DNA of 63,991 bases, the filler included, from Barthelona sp. PAP020 (Eukaryota): the NCBI GenBank assembly GCA_040182905.1. It is 5 parts of 5 records of this genome, joined end to end, with 100 filler letters (N's around TTAATTAATTAA, not from the genome) between each part and the next. Parts side by side here need not be neighbours in the genome. Positions count along the whole stretch, not along the records: positions 40,510 to 53,881 come from JARQWU010000328.1; 4 more parts are not named here. One strand, written 5' to 3'. How positions within the stretch are numbered: position 1 is the first letter of the stretch; each line of letters starts with the position of its first letter. The notes under the pieces are model-generated. The model was not told the DNA's origin and did not search any database. It saw nothing but the letters and a program-made list of their open reading frames with translations. Positions 42,076-52,987 of the stretch are shown piece by piece. Made by a program: the position numbers and the translations under genes.

Positions 42076-43221
42076 ATGCCAAACAACATAAAAAAAATTC
42101 TTTTTACTTTCAACAAATGATTTAATGGAATTAATAGGTTCAATAAAACTTTAACAGGTTTTTTTTCGTGAATTGGCAATTTCAAGATATGAACTACTTG
42201 ACAGAAAATTCAAAATGAAAGAAAATGGATTTATTTATCAAATTCATTTCGGAATAACAACATGAGTTTAAGCCAACCTTAGTATGAGCATGTTTTTGAG
42301 AGGGAGAGAAAATTGACAAACAAAACCTTTCAGAGAGTCATATTTCCTGATTTAATGATTGTTTTAATAGCCTTTTAACAACAATAAAGATATTAAATAA
42401 GTGTTCATATGTTTTTTGATCTTCATTTATTCAAAACACTCTCTTTATCTTTGAGTTTGGAACAAATTTATAAACACGTTCTTTGGGGGAAATAATGGTT
42501 TAAACCGTCGATTATAGTACTCAATAACTCTTAACAAAAGAAAAAAGCAAATTTAAATGTTTCTTTCACTCTTTTTTTGCCAAATTACAATTTTAAAGCA
42601 TTCAATTAAAACTTTAAGCGCCCAATAATCCATCAAAGGGAAGATGTTACAGATAGGTCGATAAAAAAAAACATCAATAATGCTGACATCAAAATATTCT
42701 GCCACAATATGTTTTTCTTCAAACCAGTTGCAATAAAAACTTGTCGAATAAATAAATGGAATTGAAACCTATGGTCAAACAAGAAAATTTTTTGTTCATT
42801 GAACATCAGTGACCCAAATTTCAAATAAACAATGAGAATTTTCATGAAAGGAAGCAATTTGATCAAATCTTGGTTTAAACAACTGTTTCAATTATCATTT
42901 TTAAACATAGCTTTATCTTTTATTATCATGGTTAAATGAAGCAAATAGTAAATTTAATTGTTTCTCTCAGCTTAAAAATATTTGTAGACACTCTTTTTTC
43001 GAAAATCTGAAATTATGAAAGTTTGTTGACATGCAAAAAAGAAAGAATTTTGAATGACACAAGAAAACTTCATTGTATTAATATACTATCAATTTCTTTA
43101 TACAGTTTACATCATTAATACTCTTAAGTAGTTGGAAGCATGATGAAAAAAAAAAAAACAAAAAATTGTGAAAAATTTCTTTTCATCTTTCACACAACTC
43201 ACATTTTTCTGTCGAAAACAA

Positions 43222-43537
43222 ATGGTATTCTTAAATATCTTATTAATTACTAATGTAATAGGCTCAACACACAAAGAAAGTCGGTATTGTCGGTAAGTAT
43301 GGAACTCGTTATGGTTCTTCACTCCGTAAACGTGTTAAAGGTATTGAAGTATCTCAACATGCTCGTTACACTTGTCCTTTCTGTGGTAAGGATTCTGTTC
43401 GTCGTTCTGCTGCAGGTATTTGGAAGTGCAAGGGTTGTGCCAAGGTTATGGCTGGTGGTGCTTATTCTATCAACTCAAGTTCCGCTAACACTGTTCGTGC
43501 TACCATTAAGAGACTTCGTGAAATGCAAAATCTTTAA
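43222..43537 (+). CDS. RPL37A: 60S ribosomal protein eL43 (L37a), 92 aa; exons 43222-43224 and 43262-43537
   Basis: M^[23 protein letters not shown]...CPFCGK...GIWKCKGC...AGGAY. Missed by the ORF track because the ATG is a separate exon. Confidence 0.96.
43225..43261 (+). other. 37-nt spliceosomal intron directly after the ATG of RPL37A
   Basis: GTATTCTTAAATATCTTATTAATTACTAATGTAATAG. Confidence 0.92.
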
Positions 43538-43652
43538 ATTTATGAAAAAAAAAAGTGTTTTACCATTTATCGATTAATGACGAGATTTTACTTTTTCTTT
43601 AGTATAAATGATTTGTTTTCGTTTTATTTTTAATGAGAAACTCAGTTTTTTT

Positions 43653-43919
43653 TTAAATGTTTATGTCAAAAAGAGGAGCAATAGAAATCACTGTGGAACC
43701 TTGGATGTAGATACAATCATGTGTCTTTTCTTTTGTTTCAATCATACCATTTTCTAATTGTGTACCAACAGTTTCTTTGACATTTGAAATTAAAATATTT
43801 AGATGTGGATCAAAAGCATGCAATAAACCTTCATATTTTCTAAGGTCTTTGGCTCTAACGTATATTCTTTGACCCAAAGATATTCTTAACAATTCCAATG
43901 GTTGTTGAATCGAATCCAT
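43653..43919 (-). CDS. LSM3: U6 snRNA-associated Sm-like protein LSm3
   Basis: QPLELLRISLGQRIYV...GLLHAFDPHLNILISNVKET (Sm1) and IYIQGSTVISIAP (Sm2). Confidence 0.88.
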   Translation of the reverse strand: MDSIQQPLELLRISLGQRIYVRAKDLRKYEGLLHAFDPHLNILISNVKETVGTQLENGMIETKEKTHDCIYIQGSTVISIAPLFDINI

Positions 43920-43970
43920 TAAAAAAAAAAAATAAAAGAGAAAAAAAAAACTGGCTTAATTTATTCTGTT

Positions 43971-45848
43971 TTAATTTTTCATTAATACCGAATGAACAAT
44001 ATTTGGCAAACGGTTGCTCTGTTCTTTTGCCAAAGATCTCATATCCACACTTGGATCATCTTCATCAGAAACATAACGTCCAGTGATATTTTCTAAAACG
44101 TCTTCCATGGTGATAATACCAGCCCAACTGTGGAAACTATCACAAACAATGAATAAAGGATTACGAGAAACAAACATATTGTTCAACACAGTTTTTAATT
44201 CAGTAACTTCATCATAAGTTTGAACGTCGTTGGCGATATCAATAAGGGGAATATCTAATTCGTTCTTCTTTAGAGCTTGAACAATAGCCAAACGATGAAC
44301 ATACTTTGAAATGTTATCCCGACCCGGAATTTTCAAAGGAATTCTTGAGAATCTCATGGCATCACCATTTTCATCCAATAATTGTCTGACAGTTGTATCA
44401 GGAGTTACGGTTTGAACAACATGATGAGGTGTCATGACATCTTTAATAGATAAATTGCGCAAAGATATCATATTTCTTAAGATATTAAACTCAGACTCAT
44501 TAAACTTGAATTTTGGATAACAATGTCCAAGATCTGAAAGGGCATTGATCTCTTCTTCAGTGAAGCCAACTTCTTTCCCTTTATTTGAAAGATGAATGAA
44601 AGGGAAATGAGTTTTATAATTAGCACTGGGGTCTTTTTCAATTGGCTTCATGAAACCAGCTTTTCCACAGAAAAAGTGCAATATGATAACGGGTAAGATA
44701 AGGGCAAAATTCCAACTTAAATCATGATTTTCATACCAAGCCATTTCAACATTATCCAAAGTGCTTTCAAAAACATTCAAATTGAGCATCAAAATGTGGA
44801 AAAAGAAGTAATGAATCATACTCCAAACAACAACAAACAAAGACAATATTAAAGCTTTTGACAGCTCATTCTTTGTTTGGAAAAATTTTTCTTTTTTCAA
44901 TTTTTGAGAATAATTGCCGATGATTATTAAAGGTCCAAGAGAATAAGTACCCATATAAAAAACGTGTTTCATCAAAAGAGAACGATCAACATTATCAAAA
45001 ACTATGTTTAACAATCCAAAACAAAAATAAGTACAGAAAAGACCAAAGAGAAGGATATATGGAAAAGTATATTTGAATGTACTTTTAGCATTCCATTTCT
45101 TCTTTGCTATCCATTGATTCCAAATATTGCTCACAAAAAGACATCCAACAATCATCCATTGACAAATGCTCAAAAAAGAATTGATAGTAAATGTACGAAG
45201 ATGACAAGAATCACCAGCAAGTAATCCTTCACATCCACATCCCCAAAGACTCAATCCAAAAAAGATAAACCAGAAAATCCAAATGAAAATGTAAGTTAAA
45301 GCAATACGAATAACAAATATTCCTTTGGCATAATGGTTAATTAGTTTTCCTTTGCAGCAAATTTCATCAAATGTTAACATGAACAAACCAAAAATGAAAA
45401 AGAACAAATGTCCCATATTTTGGTTTGCTTCCAAAGTTTTTTGAATAAGAATTCCATCAAATAAAAAATCATGCAAAAAGAACATGCCAATTGCAAGAGC
45501 TATACAAAGAACACCCCAAAATAAACCGAGAAAGGAAGGTGTTTTGGGTTGTTCAATCCAAGAATGTAAACAGACAGAACAAAGGATAACATACCCTAAA
45601 ATTGAAATAAAATAAGGATTGTGAAAATTCTTCAAACCCAAAACTTTGGTGGATAAAAACAACAAAATAGTTGCAAAAAATACTGAAAAAATCGTCACAA
45701 CTATCCAAGTATGTTTTCCATGTTTTAATTTGTGAGTTTCATTGTCTACTATTGGCAGATATGGATAACCTGAAAGAACAAATTTTTCTTCTTCACTCTT
45801 ATTTTCATCAGTATTCTCTACTGATTTGTCAGTTGTACTATTAGACAG
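43971..45848 (-). CDS. Multi-pass membrane protein with C-terminal CBS pair (CNNM/CorC-type); start uncertain, candidate CTG at 45848
   Basis: About 10 hydrophobic segments, then ESEFNILRNMISL..IKDVMTP..FSRIP..GIITMEDVLENITGRYVSDEDD. The frame is open up to 45875 with no ATG before the membrane region. Confidence 0.78.
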   Translation of the reverse strand: MSNSTTDKSVENTDENKSEEEKFVLSGYPYLPIVDNETHKLKHGKHTWIVVTIFSVFFATILLFLSTKVLGLKNFHNPYFISILGYVILCSVCLHSWIEQPKTPSFLGLFWGVLCIALAIGMFFLHDFLFDGILIQKTLEANQNMGHLFFFIFGLFMLTFDEICCKGKLINHYAKGIFVIRIALTYIFIWIFWFIFFGLSLWGCGCEGLLAGDSCHLRTFTINSFLSICQWMIVGCLFVSNIWNQWIAKKKWNAKSTFKYTFPYILLFGLFCTYFCFGLLNIVFDNVDRSLLMKHVFYMGTYSLGPLIIIGNYSQKLKKEKFFQTKNELSKALILSLFVVVWSMIHYFFFHILMLNLNVFESTLDNVEMAWYENHDLSWNFALILPVIILHFFCGKAGFMKPIEKDPSANYKTHFPFIHLSNKGKEVGFTEEEINALSDLGHCYPKFKFNESEFNILRNMISLRNLSIKDVMTPHHVVQTVTPDTTVRQLLDENGDAMRFSRIPLKIPGRDNISKYVHRLAIVQALKKNELDIPLIDIANDVQTYDEVTELKTVLNNMFVSRNPLFIVCDSFHSWAGIITMEDVLENITGRYVSDEDDPSVDMRSLAKEQSNRLPNIVHSVLMKN

Positions 45849-45951
45849 TTTGAAATGTGGAGAATAAAAAAAACTCTAAAAATAAAGGTCACATTTCTTG
45901 GTGGTTCAAGATTTTTTTTTGAGATTTATATTTGCCTCAAATCTTTCATTT

Positions 45952-47310
45952 ATGGGACCTAGTCCAAGTCGAGAAGAAAATGGACTTGCAACATTAGATG
46001 ATGAACCATCACATATCCAAATATCACAAATAAAAGATTTGAATAAAGATGAGGTGTTTTCTGCTCATTTTACGGATACTGAATCTGTTAATATGAGCGG
46101 ATTTATTTCTCCTGATTCAAATAGAAATTATCGACAAGATTATTTAAAATCACCGAATGAAGCCCAATCCTTTTTTCAAGAAGAACCATTTGAAATGAGT
46201 GAAAATCAAATAAATATCACACCTGTTCCAGAAGAAAGTAATAATTTTGGGCCTTTGAGTTGTTGTCCATTAGTTATAAGAAATTGTCTTTTTTTAGGAT
46301 TAACTGGAGGAGCTGTAATGGCTGTATCTTTTCCAAATATTCATGATTTTTTCTGGAAGGTTGAAAGTTTTCCAACATCAATTGATTATTTGGGTGGAGT
46401 TTATACCAATGGAGAGATTATTGTTTTCGTTTTTTGCAAAGGTGAAATTATGGCGCTTGATGAGGACGGTAATAGTTTGTGGACTGTTTTTGGACAACCA
46501 TTAAGCAATTATGGCTTGCCCAGTTTTGCAATCTCAAATTCATTCATTTCCATTGAATCAAGTTTATTGAAAAATATAAAAATTAAATATTTTGACAGTG
46601 GGAAGGAAGTCATTGCTTTGACATCACAATCACAATTGTCTACAACACCCTTAATTGATAATATTGAATACTACGCTGAAAGATCACATTTTATTGATAC
46701 CCCCATATATTATTCTTTCGTTAATGGTCGTTTAATATGCATGATGTCGCATTCACATAAAATCATTTGGGAAAATCGTCTTTCGTATGCAATATCCGGA
46801 GGCATGTGTATTATTGATGATGTTCTAATTGTTGGCACCGTTAATGGCAGAATAATTTTGTTTAATAAGGCTAATGGTGACCCCATTTACGAATTCGATT
46901 TGTCCAGTTCAACCAAACTTCATTCCAAAGGAATTTTGTCTCAGATACATGTATATAGGGATCATCAACAGGATTCTATTGTTTTCATTGATCAACAATT
47001 CCATATGTATTGTTTGAATGTGATTACTAAGCACACATCATGGGAAGTTGATCTTATAGAAGAGTTAAACTTGAATTTGACAAAAGTTGAAGACATTTTG
47101 CCAATTTTAGAAATTTGTGAGCAAGTTGATCAAACCTCTGTCATTTTACTTTGTTTACCAACAGTTTCAAATGGTGTTGAAATATTTGACTTTGAAAGTG
47201 GCAATTATTTGAAAAATATTGGACAAAATCATGTTTCTCTTAATTTTAATCTCGTGGGATCGAGAATTGTTCTTACAAATATGAGACATGAAGTAACCAT
47301 TTATTCATAG
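45952..47310 (+). CDS. PQQ-like / WD-type beta-propeller protein
   Basis: Repeated beta-strand units ending in W (GEIMALDEDGNSLW, LIVGTVNGRIILFNKANG, HKIIW, HTSW). First ATG at 45952. Confidence 0.65.
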   Translation: MGPSPSREENGLATLDDEPSHIQISQIKDLNKDEVFSAHFTDTESVNMSGFISPDSNRNYRQDYLKSPNEAQSFFQEEPFEMSENQINITPVPEESNNFGPLSCCPLVIRNCLFLGLTGGAVMAVSFPNIHDFFWKVESFPTSIDYLGGVYTNGEIIVFVFCKGEIMALDEDGNSLWTVFGQPLSNYGLPSFAISNSFISIESSLLKNIKIKYFDSGKEVIALTSQSQLSTTPLIDNIEYYAERSHFIDTPIYYSFVNGRLICMMSHSHKIIWENRLSYAISGGMCIIDDVLIVGTVNGRIILFNKANGDPIYEFDLSSSTKLHSKGILSQIHVYRDHQQDSIVFIDQQFHMYCLNVITKHTSWEVDLIEELNLNLTKVEDILPILEICEQVDQTSVILLCLPTVSNGVEIFDFESGNYLKNIGQNHVSLNFNLVGSRIVLTNMRHEVTIYS

Positions 47311-47581
47311 GATACATGGGTCAATTTATTTTTTATTCCTTTTGTTTCTTTTTTTTTTTTTTCAATGTATTTATTTCATTAGTTGTAGTATCTTTAATTT
47401 TACCAATAAAAATTTATTGTTCATTTTTTTATTCTTTATTTGTTGTCTTTTTCATGTTATCCTTTAAAGATTTGATTATAAATTATCAAGAAAGACAAAT
47501 GTATGCTGATGGAAGGGTTTCATCAAATGAAAAGAATAAAAGAAAAAGTGACTTGATTACGATTTTTTTCTTTTGCATAGA

Positions 47582-48394
47582 ATGGCAATAGTTTCGAAAA
47601 AAAGCGGGATTAAAAAAGGTGGGAGTAGAGGTTATAGAACCACAAAACAAAGACAAAATCGAGGAAGAAGAGGTGTTAGTTCTCTCGACCATTTTGCCGA
47701 TCCAAAGAAAAAAGAGGCTGAAAGGAAGAGAAACATTAATATTCCTGAAAACAATATGAGTGATAAGACATCAGTGACCAAAAATTCAAGAAAGTTTGAC
47801 AGAATATTAAAATTGCAAAGTGTTGTTGAAGAAAAAAAGAGTAGAAATTTTGAAAATACAGAAAATTTGAAAAGAGAGCCTTCATTGGAGGAAATTAATC
47901 AAGTAAATAAACATGAAAAAATAAAATTAGATAAAAAAATGAGAAAAGGTGAAAGTTTTTATGATTATGAAAGAAGAATTTGGGGTCAAGTAAAAAAACA
48001 TTCAATTCAACAAGGAAAAAAGAATTCGAAGGCTTCTCAAAAAGCACAAGCCAAATTTGATTTAAGACGAGAAAGAAAACTTGAAAAACAGAAAGAAAAA
48101 ATGGAAAAACAAATGGAAGACCCAAATATTGTGACTATTGAGCATAAAGGTGTTACGAAACAATTTAACTTTGTTGATGAAATTAAATATGGAGAAACTG
48201 TTGAAAAACCACCAGAATTAGATCAATTTAGTAAACATTTTGAAAAGTTGGCCAGTAGAAAAGGAGATAAAATAGATACTTTAACAATTGGTAAATTGTT
48301 GAATAGCGTTGACAATAAGGGTAATGACATTTCTGATAGAGATAAGGCTATTGAACTTTATAGAGCATTAAAGAATAAAAATAAGAGTAAATAA
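47582..48394 (+). CDS. CCDC137-like basic nucleolar coiled-coil protein
   Basis: RKGESFYDYERRI, DEIKYGETVEKPPEL and RDKAIELYRALK recall the three conserved CCDC137 blocks. Confidence 0.7.
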   Translation: MAIVSKKSGIKKGGSRGYRTTKQRQNRGRRGVSSLDHFADPKKKEAERKRNINIPENNMSDKTSVTKNSRKFDRILKLQSVVEEKKSRNFENTENLKREPSLEEINQVNKHEKIKLDKKMRKGESFYDYERRIWGQVKKHSIQQGKKNSKASQKAQAKFDLRRERKLEKQKEKMEKQMEDPNIVTIEHKGVTKQFNFVDEIKYGETVEKPPELDQFSKHFEKLASRKGDKIDTLTIGKLLNSVDNKGNDISDRDKAIELYRALKNKNKSK

Positions 48395-48648
48395 CTGAAA
48401 ATACTTCAAATTTGCAGTTTTTTGTCTATTAGTTTAAGATGTGAAAAAGAAATTTGAAGAATCAATTATTCTATATTGAACGGACTAAATAAATATTTGT
48501 TGGCTTTGCAACATGATCGTTTTTTTTTTTGTGTCTGATTCGTTCAATTCATTCTCTTCAATTGATGATTTTGAACTGCCATAAAATATTGCATTATTGT
48601 AAAGAATGGAAAATGTTGAAAGTGAGATTGTAATTTTTTTTTAATAAG

Positions 48649-49248
48649 ATGGAATGGAGCGGGTACTTTCGAGAACTTTTAAGCGATTTTAAAATGGATA
48701 GAGGAAGAAAAATACGAAAATGTGTCAATTATTGTATGCTAAATGTAAAATATGCAAAAGAACTCATTGATATATGGTCTGAATTCGTTGTTCAACCTGA
48801 TATTAATTTTGAAGCTCGATTGACGATATTTTATGTTGTTCATGATCTATTTTCTCAATTTCAATCCAATCATCAAACCATTTCTCAGTTTCTACCCCAT
48901 TTACATCAACAACTACCATTAGTTTTACCGGAAATGTATAGTTTAATATTGGATGAAAAGTCTAAAGTTGATGTTGAAAGAAGCATTATGATGTGGCAAT
49001 CTATTTTTGGCAGAGAATATATATTTTCGATAATAGTCAGTTTATCAGATCGTGGCTCACTATTTGATAAATCAGTTAGTTTATATGGTGTTGTTTCTGA
49101 ATATGAATCGTATGCCGATCCAAAATTTGTTTCTGAAAGGTTGATGTGGGAAAAAAAATTAATTTCAGTTTGGAAAGCATTGATAGATGAGCATAAGTTG
49201 CATAGAGATGTTTTAGTTAAAAGAATTGATTCCGACACACAAGGATAA
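48649..49248 (+). CDS. CID (Pol II CTD-interacting) domain protein, RPRD1/Rtt103-like
   Basis: IRKCVNYCM..YAKELIDIW..RLTIFYVVHDLFSQ..VERSIMMW fits the CID pattern. Confidence 0.65.
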   Translation: MEWSGYFRELLSDFKMDRGRKIRKCVNYCMLNVKYAKELIDIWSEFVVQPDINFEARLTIFYVVHDLFSQFQSNHQTISQFLPHLHQQLPLVLPEMYSLILDEKSKVDVERSIMMWQSIFGREYIFSIIVSLSDRGSLFDKSVSLYGVVSEYESYADPKFVSERLMWEKKLISVWKALIDEHKLHRDVLVKRIDSDTQG

Positions 49249-50299
49249 TTTCAATGATGGGTGCTTTTTCCTTTATGTCTTCCCTTTCTTTTTTTTTTTT
49301 TTCTAATTCAGATTATTTTGGCTCCTTTTCCATTGCCCAAACAATTGTAAAAGTTTTTAAGTTTCTATTTTTTTTTTGATACAAAATGAAAGTTTGGTGT
49401 TTTTTCAGAGAATAGTCTTCAAAATTTTGGGGACTTCAATTGCACAAAAAGAAAAGAACTGAACTTTTTCCACAAGTTTTCATATGAATCAACAAAAGAC
49501 ACTTGCTGTCACCATTATTTTTGCATAAATTCGATAAAATGAACATTTCTTTATGTATCATTTAGATTTTTTTGTAAATAGACTGATTTTATTTTCTCCC
49601 TGGAAATTCTGTGCTTAACTGAATATTGAAAAAGATTGTTCATCTATTTACCTACTTTCAAGGCTATAATAGCAGGTATCCGCCAAGGAGTGTATTCAAA
49701 CTCATGTATAGAATCTGCTGGCCTGATGATCTGTTGCACCCTAAATAACTCCTAATTTCCAAATTTTAATACTTCATGGATAAAATTGAACAGGAATCTT
49801 TCAATTTTCCTCAACAGTTTTAGTTAAGTTTATTTATTTCTCAGCCAAGAAGCACTGTGCGTATGAGTGAATGAAAAAGAATTGTGTTTATTTGGTTAAA
49901 GGCTTTCGAGCCCCGATTGATCTGTTGAAAAACTTTAGATTTTCTAAGGTAAAGTTTAAATTTTAAAATTTCGCTTTTGCAAAAATACAAAAAAATAGGA
50001 ATGAAGAATTTCTCCGAAATTTTCATACTTGATCCTTCCAATTACATTTCAGTCCCTGAATTTCCCTCCTGGAATTTTGACTGAAATTTGCTAGAATGAG
50101 TTTTCTTACTTTACTTTCTTTGTAAATAAATATAGTTGTTTCACAACTGCACCAACTCCAGTTTTTTGCCTCCACATTCTTTGTAAACCAATAGCGTCGT
50201 TTTACATTTGAAATAACATGTTGTTCAGCAGGAGTTTTATTAAGAAAAAAAAAAAATTCTTTTTATGGAATACAAACCATTTTAAACTTAATATACATA

Positions 50300-52828
50300 T
50301 CAATCTTTTTTCTTTGAATCAGTTGCCAAAGAAGAAACGGTATTTTGAAGAAAATCATCTTCATTGAAAAACGAATTCATATCATCAGATTTTTCAAATT
50401 GAGATTCATCGTTTTCAGTATCAGAATCACTATCTTTATTTAATTTGATGTCGTTTAACATGTTAATTAATTCTTCTTTACGTTTTTCTTCTTCAAATTC
50501 TTTGTGATTCTCATGTAAAATTTGACCAACTTTTCGGTATGTCGGCAAGACATCCAATTTAAATCCAAACTCATCCTCCTCATTGTCATCCTCGTTTTCA
50601 TCCTCTGAAGAAGCAACGGCATTTATATTATTGAATTTTTCATCATCCAAAGTATTGATACTAAAACTAGGTTCTTTCTTTTCATTTTCAACATCATTTT
50701 GCAACATCTGTTCTTCTGACATTTGATTTACCATTTGATCACGCACATCACGTGCAGTTAGAACCTTAATTTCATCAGCATCTTCATTATTTTCAGCATC
50801 TTTGGGTGAATAAAGAGAAAAATTGGTATATTCTGATAAAGCATCATCTTCATTTAATAAATCAACATCTTGCACAATGAAACATAATTTATTTGTCGAC
50901 AACAAAGGATCATCATCTTCAATATCTGTGTCTACATCTGTTTCACCATAATAATCCCGAATTACCTTTGAATCTTCTGGTTTCTCAAAAATGGCCTCAT
51001 CTACTTCAAAACTTATTGGACCAAATTCATATTCTAATAAACGATTGTCCAATTTGTGTTTGTTTTCTTCAAATGACATGTGATTGATCTCATCAATCAC
51101 TTCATTCAAAACAGTATCATCATCACATCTCCACAACATTTCCCAACCACTGTTGAAAGAACAATTATCAACATTCTTATGTTTCAATAAAAATGCAACT
51201 TTTCTGATCCCTTGGACATAAGGTAATGCTCCTTTGTTTAATAAAGCAAAACCATACTTTTTAACACGTTGATTGGACTCATAAATAAAGGCGTTATAGA
51301 AGAAACCAAGAAATCTAAAAGCCAACAATATTAATCCATAAAAAGGATAGGTAATTATTGTCATTGTACTAACTCTATATCTTTTAGGTAGTTTAAAGTA
51401 ATTTAAACCAATCAACAGTATGAACTGGCACATCATCAAAATTAAAAACCATTTCACAAAAGTATAAGCGTCTGTAATTATCCCATAAATAACAAAAAAA
51501 ACACGAAAACAATCTTGAATAATTGTGTAAACCTCTTGAATTAAATATAGCTTTACTAATATTCGATTGCATTGCCATTGACAGGCAATTAATCTCAAAA
51601 ATCTAAAGAACATTCGAGGAGGTGTTGGAGCCCAAGATTTTCCCCTTTGATTGGTTAAATGTTTCAAAGTATCACAGGCTTCAGTTTTCATAAAAACTGC
51701 ATTGCAATATGAAAAGGTATATTCAGGCATATGCTCATAGACTATCAACCCCATTTGTAAATCTTCGCCTTGAAATAATGAATCATGTCTTTGAAGTACA
51801 TCACGTAATGCATGAGTTCTCCATAAAGAACAAGCTCCATGTGGCGCCAATGTAAATCCAGTCTTCCCTTGAAAAATCCTATGAATTCCAGATTTTTTAT
51901 ATTCTAAATCTTGCATTCTACCCAGCCAATTATGCTTTGTCTGTCTATCCATGGCTCTAATAGGTATTAATACACCAGAAACACCAGGATCTAGAAATTT
52001 CTCTGGTTCGGGCAAGTTATATGGAATAATTGTGTCGTCGTCAAGAATAAATACATACTTTGGATGGATTGGCCGCTCATCAAGCAGATTAAAAAAAGCA
52101 TAAGAGATTGCCAATGTCTTCGAAGTTACCGGCGTCCAAATGTATTGAATGTTTGGATGTATAGCATGAATTTTTGATTCTAATTCAGGTTCAGGCATAT
52201 GAAATCGTGTTTCCTTTCCAGCTGCATTATCAACAACAATAATATTTGGAAAATTATCACCATACTGATCATGCGACATAACAGCAGGCCCAAAATATCT
52301 TACTGCAGCTCTTAAAGTGCGTTGAAGTATTTTCCAATGGTTCTCTCTTCGTTCTTCAGTTGTTTGTCCCATGGTAGGAATGATTAAACAAATTTTTTTC
52401 TTATATTCCGTAGAAGGATGACCTGCAGGTTCAAACGATGATGGCATAAATAAATAAACAAATATAGGGATGCCAACTTCTAAAACCAATGCAGGAATAA
52501 CAACATAACTGTATACAAATGCCGAAACGCCTTGAGTAAAGTTATTAATTGCAAATAGAGAGCATATAGCAACAAAAATTCCCAATGAAAAAGTTACATA
52601 ATGCCAAATCTTTTGACATTTAAATGAAGAAATTTCCTCCTTAGTCGAAATTATCTGATCGGATTTCCATTTTTTCAAAGTTTTGTTCCAATTCTGTAAT
52701 ATGGCAACTAATTCAGTGGCAACCGACTGCTGGAATTCACAATTTTCATTTTCAATTAAAAGTTTCAACTGTGTTGGTAATCTTGGTAAAACTAAATTTT
52801 TGTTTGTCAAAGCAACATCATAATCCAT
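50300..52828 (-). CDS. Membrane-bound processive family-2 glycosyltransferase (polysaccharide synthase-like) with acidic C-terminal tail
   Basis: 2 N-terminal TMs, VVDN, SKT, ILDDD, QDLEY, GACSLWR, GED, QRGKSW, then C-terminal TMs. Confidence 0.85.
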   Translation of the reverse strand: MDYDVALTNKNLVLPRLPTQLKLLIENENCEFQQSVATELVAILQNWNKTLKKWKSDQIISTKEEISSFKCQKIWHYVTFSLGIFVAICSLFAINNFTQGVSAFVYSYVVIPALVLEVGIPIFVYLFMPSSFEPAGHPSTEYKKKICLIIPTMGQTTEERRENHWKILQRTLRAAVRYFGPAVMSHDQYGDNFPNIIVVDNAAGKETRFHMPEPELESKIHAIHPNIQYIWTPVTSKTLAISYAFFNLLDERPIHPKYVFILDDDTIIPYNLPEPEKFLDPGVSGVLIPIRAMDRQTKHNWLGRMQDLEYKKSGIHRIFQGKTGFTLAPHGACSLWRTHALRDVLQRHDSLFQGEDLQMGLIVYEHMPEYTFSYCNAVFMKTEACDTLKHLTNQRGKSWAPTPPRMFFRFLRLIACQWQCNRILVKLYLIQEVYTIIQDCFRVFFVIYGIITDAYTFVKWFLILMMCQFILLIGLNYFKLPKRYRVSTMTIITYPFYGLILLAFRFLGFFYNAFIYESNQRVKKYGFALLNKGALPYVQGIRKVAFLLKHKNVDNCSFNSGWEMLWRCDDDTVLNEVIDEINHMSFEENKHKLDNRLLEYEFGPISFEVDEAIFEKPEDSKVIRDYYGETDVDTDIEDDDPLLSTNKLCFIVQDVDLLNEDDALSEYTNFSLYSPKDAENNEDADEIKVLTARDVRDQMVNQMSEEQMLQNDVENEKKEPSFSINTLDDEKFNNINAVASSEDENEDDNEEDEFGFKLDVLPTYRKVGQILHENHKEFEEEKRKEELINMLNDIKLNKDSDSDTENDESQFEKSDDMNSFFNEDDFLQNTVSSLATDSKKKD

Positions 52829-52987
52829 AGTTCATGAGCACTTAATAAAATAATCTAAAAAAAAAAGTTATTTTTATTTAAATTTCCAAGAAATTAAATT
52901 GGTTCAAAAAAGAGGCAAATAAAAAAATAGAGATAAAAATCTGTAATAAATAAATGTTAAGTTAAAAAAGAATGAAAAAAAAGAGAT

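Noticed and set aside
43287..43577. 96-aa plus-strand ORF in the track
   Set aside because: Wrong frame over RPL37A; the real gene is spliced and in another frame.
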